64,000 nucleotides of DNA from Octopus sinensis (Eukaryota): assembly GCF_006345805.1 (NCBI RefSeq), contig NC_043003.1, positions 7,068,001-7,132,000 on the forward strand, read 5' to 3'. The notes beneath the pieces were generated by a model. That model searched no databases, was not told the DNA's origin, and saw only the letters and a program-made list of their open reading frames with translations. The position numbers were made by a program, and so were the translations under genes. Positions 27,701 to 36,094 of the stretch are shown here, piece by piece; positions within the stretch are counted from its first letter, which is position 1, and each line of letters starts with the position of its first letter.

Positions 27701-30700
27701 TATATATTATATATATATATATATATAAAAGTAAATATATACACACATATAACTTTTTCCAGTCTTTCGTTTCACACACACACACACACACACAGAATGA
27801 ATAAAACGGTCAAATTGAGATATTAGGATCAATTTAACTTACAGTTCCAAAAAAGACGACACCGACAAGATCACGATTATTTTGAATAATTTTGTTTTTT
27901 AATGTGGATTGGACACACTGAAATAGAAATAAAAAATGGTATGGTTAAGGTGAAAATATGCTGAAGTCAACAATAATTGAAGCTCATATGTTTGGTGTTA
28001 GGAAGGGCATCCAGCTGTAAAAATCCTGCCAAAACTGTCACAGGAGTCTGGTGCAAGATTCTGCCTGGCCAGCTCTTGTGAAACCATCCCACTCATGCAA
28101 GCATGGAAGGCGGATGTTAAACAATGATGATAATAATAATAATAAAAACATTGTGTACAGTGCTCAGGTGCACTACAAAGGTAATGATGATGATGGTAAG
28201 AGCATCTTACCGCATTTTATGACTTACAAGCAACATGTACAATTTAAACAAAAATGAGCCAAGATAATAACTCAGAGTGGCACATACTTGAATAATATAG
28301 ACGAATATAGGTATATATTATTCAAATATGTGCCACTCTGAGTTATTCTCTTGGCACTAAGTGGACATCCATTATGCTAGAAGTAGACCTCATATGGTCT
28401 TACTACTAAGAAAGGAATGTTCTCAAGTAAATTTAGCAAACACCAGAACGTAATCGAGCAAGACAAATTATTAATCTGTGACTAATCTGTATATTTGGTA
28501 TCTTTTCATTTGTCTTACTCGCTTACGTTCTGGCGTTTGCTAAATTTTCTGGAGAACATTCCTTTCTTAGTGGTAAGACCACAGAGGGTCAACTTCCAGC
28601 ATATGGATGTCCACTTAGTGGTCATCCCTTTTATATGTATATAATATAATTTTTCTGAATCTTCAGATTTTTCTATATGCTAGACCACTGGTTTTAAATT
28701 GATATTAATCAAATTAATATTCAATTTTTCACCCTTATTACTTTAAATTTATATATATATATATATTTAGAATAGGTTTCTTTTAGTTTCCATCTATCAA
28801 ATCCAATTATAAGGCTTTGGTTGGTGTAGGGGTATAAAAGACATTTGCACAAGATGCCATGCAATGGAATTGAACATGAAACTAAGTTGTTGAGAGGGAA
28901 ACTTCTTAACTACACAGCCAAGCCTGCAACAAGCAGTCAAGAAGTATTTCAGCCTCAAACAACTGATAATTCTATAAAAAGCCTCTACACAAGTCAGAAA
29001 CAAAACATAGTTAAAGGCATTTAGACTGGAGTTCCTACTATTACAGATGAGCATTAATTCTGGATAACAGCCAAGAGAGAAAAAAACAGCCACATACATG
29101 CTTGGCATTTTTTTATTTACCAACATTTATTTCTTCTACCACACCCACAACTGCATTTTTTTCTGAACTTGCCAACTCAACAGCACTCCATACCACCCAC
29201 TGAACCAACAAAGGGGTTTCTAAATAGTTGTTCAACCTGCTGGAAATTGGAAATTAGCAAGTAGAGAGGCTGTGTAGTAAGAAGCTTACTTTCCAACCAC
29301 ATGGTTCTGGGTTCAATCCCACTGTCTTTACGTTCTGAGTTCAACTTTACCTTTCATCCTTTCAGGGTTGATAAATTAAGTACCAGTTGTGTACTGGGGT
29401 CGATGTAATCGACTGGCCCCTCCCCAAAATTTCAAGCCATGTGCCTACAGCAGAAAAGAAAAGAACTTGGACAAGTGTCTTCTACTATAGACTTGGGCTG
29501 TCCAAAACCTTATGAATGTCACAGTCTTAGGCAAGTGTCTTCTACTATAGCCTCAGGCCGACAAAAGCCTTGTGAGTGGATTTGGCAGTCAGAAACTGAA
29601 AGAAGCCCATTTGTATATATGTGTGTGTGTGTGTCTGTATTTGTTCTCCATCACCACTTGACAACTAGCGTTGGTATGTTTACACACCCCTAACTTAGTG
29701 GTTCGGCAAAAGAGACCAATGGAATAGGTACCAGGCTTAAAACAAAAAAAAAACAATAAGTACTAGGGTCAGTTCATTCGACCAAATATTCTTCAAGGTG
29801 CTGCCCCAGCTTGGCCACAGTCTAATGACTGAAACAAGATAAAACTATCGTTTCTGCAAATCACACCCTATTTTAAAAAGGAAAGACTCACTACATAATA
29901 TGTTCCTGGACACCGTCATCATCATCATCGTTATCATCATCATTTAACATCCACTTTTCCATGCTTGCATGGGTCAGGAGGTTATTTGAGGCAGATTTTC
30001 TACAGCCAGATGCCCTTCCTGTTGCCAACTGTCACCTCTTTCCAAGCAAGTAATATTTCCCCATGGCACATGATTTAGTGGTTAAGATATCTGATTCATA
30101 ATCATAAAGTTGTGAGTTTAGTTTCCGGCAGCGTGTTGTGTCCTTGAGCAAGACACTTTATTTCACATTGCTCCAGTCCAATCGGCTGGCAAAAATGAGT
30201 TGTACCCGTATTTCAAGGGGCCAACGTGTCACATTCTGTGTCATGCTGAATCTCCCAGAGAACTACATTAAAGGTACGTGTATCTGTGGAATGCTCAGCC
30301 ACTTTGTACGTTAATTTCCCGAGCAGGCTGTTCCGTTGATTGGATCAACTGGAACCCTCATTGTCATAACTGATGGAGTGCCAGTTTTAATATTTCCCCA
30401 TGACCAGACATGTTTCTGCAGAATACTGGAAATGAATGATAGTGCTTGAGTGACAGTGAGAACCATTTTACAATTATCATACAAGCACGTAAAGAACACC
30501 TTTTGAGCGTGGCCATTGCCAGAACTGCCTGACTGGCTTTCATGCTGGTGACGTGTAAAAAGCACCAACTACACTCACAGAGTGGTTGGTGTTGGGAAGG
30601 GCACTCAGCTGTAAAAACATTGCCAGATCAGATTGGAGCCTGGTGCAGCCTCCCTGGCTCGCCAGTCCCCAGTCAAATCGTCCAACCCATGCCAGCATGG

Positions 30701-33493
30701 AAAGCAAATGTTAAACGATGATGATAATGATGTCAAAACAAGGAAACACAAGCATACTCACACACACAATCATCATTTAATGTCCATTGTCCATGCTGGT
30801 ACGGATTGGACAGTTTGACTGTGCTGGCATACCTGACACCAGTCTGCACCTGACACCAGTCTGATTTGGCATGGTTTTCTATGGCTGGATGCCCTTCCTA
30901 ATGCCAACTACTCTGAGAATGTAATGGGCGCTTTTACGTGCCACCAGCACAAGTGCCAATTTGCGTGACACCGGTATCTACCTTGACAGCAATTTTGCTT
31001 GAACTGATTAGTCTTCTCATGCACAACATAATACCAAAGGTCTTGGTCACTGCCTCAGTGAGGCCCAACGCTCAAAAGGAACTCAGCCATCTTCCTTCCG
31101 TGAGACCCAACACTCGAAACACTCTGTAGCTGTGGCCAGCGACACGTAAAATGCATCATCCAAATGTGGTCGATGGCACTGTCCCCTGACTGGCTCCCGT
31201 GCCAGTGGCACATAAAAAGCACCATCTGAACGTGGCTGATGCCAGTACCATCTAACTGGCCAATGTCAGTGTCGGTGGCTTGTAAAAAGCACTATCCAAA
31301 CATGATCGATGCCAGGAATGCCTGCCTGGCATCTGTGTCGGTGGCACGTAAAAAGCATCCACTGCACTCTCAGAGTGGTTGGCGTTAGGAAGGGCATCCG
31401 GCTGTAGAAACATTGCTAGATCAGATTGGAGCTCAATGCAGCCACCTGGCTTGCCAGTCCTCAGTCAAACCGTCAAACCCATGCGGCATAGAAAATGGAT
31501 GTTAAACGATGATCATCATCATCATGAGACCCAATGCTCGAGAGGAACTCAGCTACATGTATATGTAAATACATATATATATGTAAATATCATCATCATC
31601 ATCATCATCATTTAACGTCCGCTTTCCATGCTAGCATGGGTTGGACAGTTCAACTGGGGTCTGAGGAGCCCGAAGGCTGCACCAGGCCAGTCAGATCTGG
31701 CAGTGTTTCTACAGCTGGATGCCCTTCCTAACGCCAACCACTCCGAGAGTGTAGTGGGTGATTTTATGTGCCACCGACACAGTGCCAGACGAGGCTGGCA
31801 GACGGCCACACTCGGATGGTGTTTTTATGTGCCACCGACACAGGTGCCAGATGAGGCTGGCAAACGGCCAAGATCGGATGGTGTTTGTTACGTGCCCACA
31901 GCACGGAGGCCAGTCGATGCGGTACTGGCTACAGCCACGTTCGGATGGTTTTCTTGTGTGCCACAAAGATACAAATTCCATTGATTTTCATCTATTTTGA
32001 TTTGTTTTGATTTGATTTGATTTTCACTTTCCTCAACAGGTCTTCACAAGTGTCACAAGAAGGAAGGTATGCACAGGTGGACTGACTACGTCCCATGTAG
32101 GGACCACGGGTTATGGCCTAACTAGTCTTGCCGGGTCTTCGGATGGTGTTTTTATGTGCCACCGACACAGGTGCCAGATGAGGCTGGTACCACATAGATA
32201 CAAATTCCATTGATGTTCATCTATTTTGATTTGTTTTGATTTGACTTTCACTTGCCTCAACAGGTCTTCACAAGTGTCACAAGAAGGAAGGTATGCACGT
32301 CCCAGGTAGGGTCCACGGGTTATGGCCTGACTAGTCTTGCCGGGTCTTCGGATGGTGTTTTTATGTGCCACCGACACAGGTGCCAGATGAGGCTGGCGAA
32401 CGATCGGATGGTGTTTGTTACGTGCCCACAGCACGGAGGCCAGTCGATGTGGTACTGGCTACGGCCACGTTCGGATAGTTTTCTTGTGTGCCACCGGCAC
32501 TGGTACCACAAAGATACAAATTCCATTGATGTTCATCTATTTTGATTTGTTTTGATTTTGATTTTCACTTGCCTCAACGGTCTTCACAAGTGTCACAAGA
32601 AGGAAGGTATGCACAGGTGGACTGACTACGTCCCTGTAGGGGCCACGGGTTATGGCTTGACTCGTCTTGCCGGGTCTTCGGATGGTGTTTTTATGTGCCA
32701 CCGACACAGGTGCCAGATGAGGCTGGTACCACATAGATACAAATTCCATTGATGTTCATCTATTTTGATTTGTTTTGATTTGACTTTCACTTGCCTCAAC
32801 AGGTCTTCACAAGTGTCACAAGAAGGAAGGTATGCACGTCCCAGGTAGGGTCCACGGGTTATGGCCTGACTAGTCTTGCCGGGTCTTCGGATGGTGTTTT
32901 TATGTGCCACCGACACAGGTGCCAGATGAGGCTGGCGAACGATCGGATGGTGTTTGTTACGTGCCCACAGCACGGAGGCCAGTCGATGTGGTACTGGCTA
33001 CGGCCACGTTCGGATAGTTTTCTTGTGTGCCACCGGCACTGGTACCACAAAGATACAAATTCCATTGATGTTCATCTATTTTGATTTGTTTTGATTTTGA
33101 TTTTCACTTGCCTCAACGGTCTTCACAAGTGTCACAAGAAGGAAGGTATGCACAGGTGGACTGACTACGTCCCTGTAGGGGCCACGGGTTATGGCTTGAC
33201 TCGTCTTGCCGGGTCTTCGGATGGTGTTTTTATGTGCCACCAACACAGGTGCCAGATGAGGCTGGCGAACGGCCACGATCGGATGGTGCTTGTTACATGC
33301 CCACAGCACGGAGGCCAGTCGATGCAGTACTGGCTACGGCCACGTTCGGATGGCTTTCTTGTGTGCCACTGGCACTGGTACCACAAAGATACAAATTCCA
33401 TTGATGTTCATCTATTTTGATTTGGATTTTGATTTTGATTTTCACTTGCCTCAACAGGTCTTCACAAGTGTCACAAGAAGGAATGTATGTGTG

Positions 33494-33527
<34 letters not shown>

Positions 33528-35383
33528 ATGGCCCTTTTTTTAGTTTCCATCTACTAAATCCACTGGCAAGGTTTTGACCAGCACAAAGCTAAAGTAGAAG
33601 ACACTTACCCAAGGTGCCACACAGTGAGATTGAACCCGGAACCTTGTGGTTGGAAAGGAAACAACTCAACCTAGTGCGTCTGACAATATTAAAATAATTT
33701 CTATAAGATAGGAACCATAACTTAATAATACAACTATCATGCACTTTTTTTTATCATATGATATCAATAAAATTTTTTTTGAAAAGCTGCAGGGAACAAA
33801 TTAATTTCTGACCTGAATACATGTCGTGAAGAAATTCTCCTCATCGTCTGAGAACATGCTTTCGTTGCAATCAATCAGAAAGATCATTCCATCTTTAGAA
33901 TTGTAAATAATCTGAAAAGAGAATGATTTAATTACCATGATGTTGTTAATTATTCTATTACATGGCATAAAAGATGCACTCCAATTATAGTAGCAAGAAC
34001 AAAATTAGCTTGTAGAAAACCCAACTTCACATACAGATCTCAAGGTGGTTTTTAGACATTTTCTTTTAAAAAGTACATCTTATATGCCATCAAATATGAT
34101 GTATTCAGAAATGGATGAATTTAAAAAAATTTTTTTAGTCAGAGGAGGAAGGGTCACATCCTTAAGATATCTGCCATAACTCCTGGGACTGATGCAAGAA
34201 AGGGAAAAGAACTTGAAGAATTTAATCTGAATGTTTCCAAAAAGTGGACTCTACTAAAAACCTCCCTAAGGACCAACTGAAGATGTTGAACAACATTAAG
34301 TCAAACAAAGAAGAAAAAATAGTAATTTTTATTAAACAAGCGTTTGAACCTTTTGTTACCATATTTCTGATGAAATACACTATGTTCACTTTAACCCTTT
34401 TGTTACCATATTTCTGGTGAAATACACTATGTTCACTTTAACCCTTTTGTTACCATATTTCTGGTGAAATAAATTATGATCACTTTAACCCTTTTGTTAC
34501 CATATTCTTGTTGAAATAAACTACGATCACTTTAACCCTTTTGTTACCATATTTCTGGTGAAATACACTATGTTCACTTTAACCCTTTTGTTACCATATT
34601 TCTGGTGAAATAAATTATGATCACTTTAACCCTTTTGTTACCATATTCTTGTTGAAATAAACTACGACCACTTTAACCCTTTTGTTACCATATTTCTGGT
34701 GAAATACACTATGTTCACTTTAACCCTTCTGTTACCATATGTCTGGTGAAATAAATTCTGATCACTTTAACCCTTTTGTTACCATATTCTTGTTGAAATA
34801 AACTACGATCACTTTAACCCTTTTGTTACCATATTTCTGGTGAAATACACTATGTTCACTTTAACCCTTTTGTTACCATATTCTTATTGAAGTACACTAT
34901 GTTCACTTTAACCCTTTTGTTACCATATTCTTATTGAAGTACACTATGATCACTTTAACCTTTTTGTTACCATATTTCTGGTGAAATAAACTACGATCAT
35001 TTTAACCCTTTTGTTACCATATTTCTGGTGAAATACACAGACTCTGTTTCAAGTGATTTCAAAAAAAAAAAAAATAAAGAACTTAATAAAATAACTTTCT
35101 CATCATTAAGCTGGTGTTTGGTACATAAACAAACAATATTTTGGTGGAAGATTAAATTCAAATCCCTTTAATCACAGATCCAGGAGTGATGTTGGAAGGG
35201 ATGATATCTGAAGGGCAACATGGTTAAACTTCTAAATATACAAATGTAAAACTAAATCACTGACATTCACTGATTAAGAAGAAAAGAAAATTTTTTGACA
35301 AATTGGAATATATATCTTACTTTTTCTTCATCAGCCTCTTCGTCTTCAAGGTCATCTTTGAATCCAAAATTGTAAGAGTCCAT
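2203..35383 (-). CDS. XRCC6: Ku70 (X-ray repair cross-complementing protein 6), complete spliced CDS, 19 coding exons, 600 aa
   Basis: Exons assembled by hand from GT-AG boundaries with consistent phases; summed length 1803 nt. Peptides match Ku70 motifs: vWA (DGMIFLIDC, RDLVGVVFFGT, RILLFTNKDEPH), core (PPGFHVLYLPHAED, FDNPPL, VFPEDYNP) and C-terminal SAP (LKVADL...KKKDLIDAIKSHY). Confidence 0.96.
2385..2810 (+). mobile_element. RTE 3'-UTR-derived repeat (module array + (GAT)n tail). Other copies at about 6330-6730, 8390-8580, 12020-12360, 18110-18480, 23010-23555, 24450-24910, 30480-30730, 31140-31520, 31591-33483, 50270-50575, 56975-57170, 59830-59960, 63275-63550
   Basis: Shared ggcgttaggaagggcatccagctgtagaaac...ggacgttaaacgatgatgatg end and gtggcacgtaaaagcacc modules. 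Confidence 0.85.
3121..3213 (-). CDS. XRCC6: Ku70 coding exon 18 (RAGGGDTAKKTDSSKHPLTDKDLKVYWMDQK)
   Basis: ctgtag/gttagt, 93 nt, in phase; linker before SAP domain. Confidence 0.88.
3414..3635. mobile_element. TTAA-flanked piggyBac-type MITE; same family at 47427-47648 and 50073-50260
   Basis: TTAA|CC(C/T)TTTC(A/G)TTAC ... GTAA(T/C)(G/A)AAAGGG|TTAA termini and homologous interiors. Confidence 0.8.
3931..4031 (-). CDS. XRCC6: Ku70 coding exon 17 (LPDTKAMDKKGGEAIKNFKEAVFPEDYNPDNKKK)
   Basis: ttacag/gtaagc, 101 nt, matches FKELVYPPDYNP. Confidence 0.95.
4050..4150. repeat. (AAT)n microsatellite. Other microsatellites: (TA)n 14570/14850/27140/27330/27667/42390-42520/42770/56296, (TG)n 42525-42588, C/A-rich tract 55700-55960
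   Basis: Simple repeats visible in sequence. Confidence 0.95.
7079..7935 (-). mobile_element. 5'-truncated RTE LINE: ORF2 C-terminus + ~520-nt 3' UTR with ~60-bp tandem modules + (GAT)n tail
   Basis: MLRWMC...RRLRWYGHVVRM...GRGRPRKTW...DRDLWK (7598-7924) contiguous with module array and ggacgctaaac(gat)n end. Confidence 0.9.
7977..8138 (-). CDS. XRCC6: Ku70 coding exon 16 (AQDGQIDLAKKLIKSLKIKYNFTHFDNPPLKYHWMNIENRVLDKESSEEFVDNT)
   Basis: ttccag/gtaagt, 162 nt, matches FENPVLQQH..NLEALAL. Confidence 0.95.
8882..9945 (-). mobile_element. Internally deleted piggyBac with PGBD4-like transposase N-terminal remnant
   Basis: TTAA TSD both sides, TIR ccctttcgttac/gtaacgaaaggg; minus-strand acidic N-terminus, then GP...ALDYFF*LF...TETNRYA...W...MGI.KLP with stops/frameshift. 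Confidence 0.88.
10194..10302 (-). CDS. XRCC6: Ku70 coding exon 15 (KETFENEIQSMPPGFHVLYLPHAEDFRELNVAPTTK)
   Basis: tttcag/gtttgt, 109 nt, PPGF..LP.ADD motif. Confidence 0.96.
10462..10590 (-). CDS. XRCC6: Ku70 coding exon 14 (STSGSTCFFSALLDRCLQRGVVPICEYISSKTSAPEFVALLPQ)
   Basis: atacag/gtatgc, 129 nt, matches GSSTLFSALLIKCL...FVALVPQ. Confidence 0.96.
11344..11432 (-). CDS. XRCC6: Ku70 coding exon 13 (GFKLLGFQQQKDVRTHYHIKPTHFIYPEEK)
   Basis: ttatag/gtctgt, 89 nt, matches GLMLMGFKP...FVYPEE. Confidence 0.94.
11635..12010 (-). mobile_element. Tc1/mariner transposase 3' fragment
   Basis: PLDYYVWDTVERKTNKTP...DDLQERIMAAFTNLNEETIEKSCRRF; TA-cagggt terminus at 11633-11640. Confidence 0.8.
12552..12666 (-). 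CDS. XRCC6: Ku70 coding exon 12 (DTGETLMPQDIKYSKTYGNKTATFEKEEVTKIRMFGEP)
   Basis: cttcag/gtgagt, 115 nt, matches LLPSDTK...YG...LEKEE. Confidence 0.95.
13134..13230 (-). CDS. XRCC6: Ku70 coding exon 11 (FRLKQRCQKPPSVRLYKRDNSEVKSNRQFYLQ)
   Basis: ttctag/gtattc, 97 nt, matches KPPPIKLYRETNEPVK. Confidence 0.93.
13253..13650. repeat. ~400-bp homopurine (G/A) tract
   Basis: Almost exclusively G/A on + strand with an internal ~170-bp duplication. Confidence 0.9.
15018..15101 (-). CDS. XRCC6: Ku70 coding exon 10 (VRCKERQKRVLRRLPLRIGDGIEATVGL)
   Basis: tttcag/gtgagt, 84 nt, matches VRAKETRKRALSRLKL...SVGI. Confidence 0.94.
15580..16882 (+). mobile_element. Degenerate mariner (D34D) transposase interrupted by two SINEs
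   Basis: KHKVLLCV.LNYE.VI, QDNAR..TA..T..KL.ELGG, YSLDPAP..YYLF, GIKELAERW..V motifs; caacacaata terminus. Confidence 0.85.
15875..16092 (+). mobile_element. SINE (ttcaaattccgccgaggtcgactttgcctttcatcc family) with 15-bp TSD. Further copies at 16509-16739, 4190-4350(-), 42180-42350(-), 63845-64000(-) and others
   Basis: Direct repeat aggtactgctctgcg at 15860-15874 and 16093-16107. Confidence 0.88.
17060..17350 (-). mobile_element. tRNA-derived SINE; related copy at 62647-62911(+) nested in the (TA)n of a CORE-like SINE
   Basis: Head ggcctagtggttag...gttcga(a/t)t.tcagacc followed by shared body aacacctaa...ctccggcag. Confidence 0.8.
18538..18617 (-). CDS. XRCC6: Ku70 coding exon 9 (NILSIIHGDEIEQLPDTTEKLEGLLER)
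   Basis: tattag/gtgagt, 80 nt, matches SSKLDDLLRK. Confidence 0.92.
19887..19991 (-). CDS. XRCC6: Ku70 coding exon 8 (HCRTRANDLNKTGISLELLPLQPPNQTFDVSKFYK)
   Basis: ttccag/gtaatt, 105 nt, matches KAGDLRDTGIFLDL...FDISLFY. Confidence 0.95.
20009..20590 (-). mobile_element. ~570-bp dispersed retroposon end with (AAT)n tail; second copy 61293-61854
   Basis: Two colinear, highly similar copies, both ending in (AAT)n on the minus strand. Confidence 0.8.
21121..21199 (-). CDS. XRCC6: Ku70 coding exon 7 (CTEKLGFQRILLFTNKDEPHTDKTELV)
   Basis: tttcag/gtaagt, 79 nt, matches KRIMLFTNEDNPH. Confidence 0.95.
21453..21840 (+). mobile_element. Helitron-like non-autonomous element
   Basis: A|TC start, subterminal GC-rich caacgccgggcg, CTAG|T end, no TSD. 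Confidence 0.75.
21891..21984 (-). CDS. XRCC6: Ku70 coding exon 6 (DDWKTFHEDYGHNSNYQMSDVFWLCSLLFSK)
   Basis: ttaaag/gtgagt, 94 nt, matches YSLSEVLWVCANLF. Confidence 0.93.
22202..22547 (+). mobile_element. CORE-like tRNA-derived SINE, the most abundant family. Near full-length copies also at 19149-19535(-), 55060-55410(-), 59347-59645, 60548-60928, 62400-63080(-); many fragments
   Basis: aggagtggctgtgtggtaag...ggttcagtcc head, accttgggcaagtgtcttct CORE-like block, internal (TG)n, (gtaaaaga)n tail. Exact family name needs a Dfam/Repbase search. Confidence 0.85.
22841..22895 (-). CDS. XRCC6: Ku70 coding exon 5 (DLARPNAERIIKIENMLT)
   Basis: ccacag/gtaaga, 55 nt, matches ELDNPGAKRILEL. Confidence 0.92.
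23878..24269 (+). mobile_element. Helitron-like non-autonomous element splitting an older repeat at A|T
   Basis: A|TCTCTCTCTATAT...GATACTGCTAG|T; flanks rejoin as tgtttccaa/ttaagataatatttcccc. Confidence 0.78.
25264..25311 (-). CDS. XRCC6: Ku70 coding exon 4 (EKTKNTDNFEHIYIYQ)
   Basis: tcttag/gtaaga, 48 nt, matches EKDKNSVNFKNIYVLQ. Confidence 0.93.
25784..26168 (+). mobile_element. Probable solo LTR
   Basis: Starts TGTAGTG, ends CACTATG (degenerate inverted end), AATAAA ~26125, 6-bp direct flanks ttcctt on both sides. Confidence 0.55.
26639..26797. mobile_element. hAT-type MITE
   Basis: TIR caggagtggact/agtccacccctg and perfect 8-bp TSD tgcactac. Confidence 0.85.
27393..27583. repeat. Near-perfect palindrome, 95-bp arms, 1-nt centre (27488), 2 mismatches
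   Basis: Direct reverse-complement comparison of arms. Confidence 0.95.
27420..27457 (-). ncRNA. Candidate minimal type I hammerhead ribozyme in left arm of palindrome, sense to Ku70 intron
   Basis: Minus strand ctgt-CTGATGA-ACG GCAA CGA-GAAA-CTCAGAG-TA|-acag; A.A mismatch at base of helix II. Confidence 0.65.
27843..27917 (-). CDS. XRCC6: Ku70 coding exon 3 (CVQSTLKNKIIQNNRDLVGVVFFGT)
   Basis: tttcag/gtaagt, 75 nt, strong Ku70 vWA match. Confidence 0.95.
31591..33483. repeat. Higher-order tandem array of 209-bp and 330-bp RTE-3'UTR-derived units (539-bp period)
   Basis: Anchor cacgggttatgg at 32105, 32314, 32644, 32853, 33183. Confidence 0.93.
33813..33911 (-). CDS. XRCC6: Ku70 coding exon 2 (IIYNSKDGMIFLIDCNESMFSDDEENFFTTCIQ)
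   Basis: ttttcag acceptor, gtcaga donor, 99 nt; matches RDSLIFLVD motif region. Confidence 0.93.
34342..35039. repeat. 47-bp minisatellite x15 with A-B-C higher-order pattern
   Basis: ctttaacccttttgttaccatat... recurs at exactly 34342+47n up to 35000. Confidence 0.95.
35321..35383 (-). CDS. XRCC6: Ku70 coding exon 1 (MDSYNFGFKDDLEDEEADEEK)
   Basis: ATG at 35383-35381; acidic N-terminus like Ku70; acceptor tttatag just upstream (exon starts 35393); donor gtaaga. Confidence 0.88.
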
Positions 35384-35699
35384 TTTCCTCAGTCTATAAA
35401 TACAACAGTCAGCCAATATAAATTTTATCCCAAATTGTTGATTTTATTTTTGACTAAACAATAGTACAACAATAACAACTAGTAAATATTGGTTTTAAAT
35501 TTTGGCCCAAGGCCAACAGGTTGGGGGAGGGGTGCTACATTGATTGCATCGGCCCTAGTACTCAACTGGTGCTTATTTTATTGATCCCCGAAAGGATGAA
35601 AGGTAAAGTAAACCCCAGCAGAATTCAAGCTCAGGACATAAAGATGGCTTGCCCCCCCCTCCCCAAAATCGGTGGTCTCGTGCCAGAATCAGAAACCCA

Positions 35700-36094
35700 T
35701 CTCTCTATATATATAAAGCTGAAGTTGTCTGTGTATGGCAGGTTTGGTAGCCTTCAACTAACACTATCCTTTCCAAGACCCTGTGGTGCAAGTTGACCAA
35801 AATTGAGAGTATGATAGAAGAAGGCTTGCTCTTCCTTCCGTAGAAGAAAAAATTCAAATCGGACCATGTTAGCACCAAAAATTATTTACAGCAAAAAGGT
35901 GCTTTTTTTTTCTATGAAAATCCCTATTTTTTACGATTTTTTGACTGCTGTGTCGCCATTTTTCGGTGTATTTCAACCAGAAAAAATGTTCACTTAAAGA
36001 GAATAACAAGCTACATAATGCAAAATTTCTGCTTTTCAAAAATTCCAATTCTAAAGGGTCGAAACAAACCCAAGCAACGCCGGGCGATACTGCT
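35700..36094 (+). mobile_element. Helitron-like element, near-identical to 23878-24269, 3' CTAG incomplete
   Basis: Colinear sequence identity; ends gatactgct. Confidence 0.75.

Noticed and set aside
34342-35039. CRISPR-like regular array
   Set aside because: Whole 47-bp units are repeated (no unique spacers), the context is a eukaryotic intron with no cas genes, and the unit derives from a MITE end.
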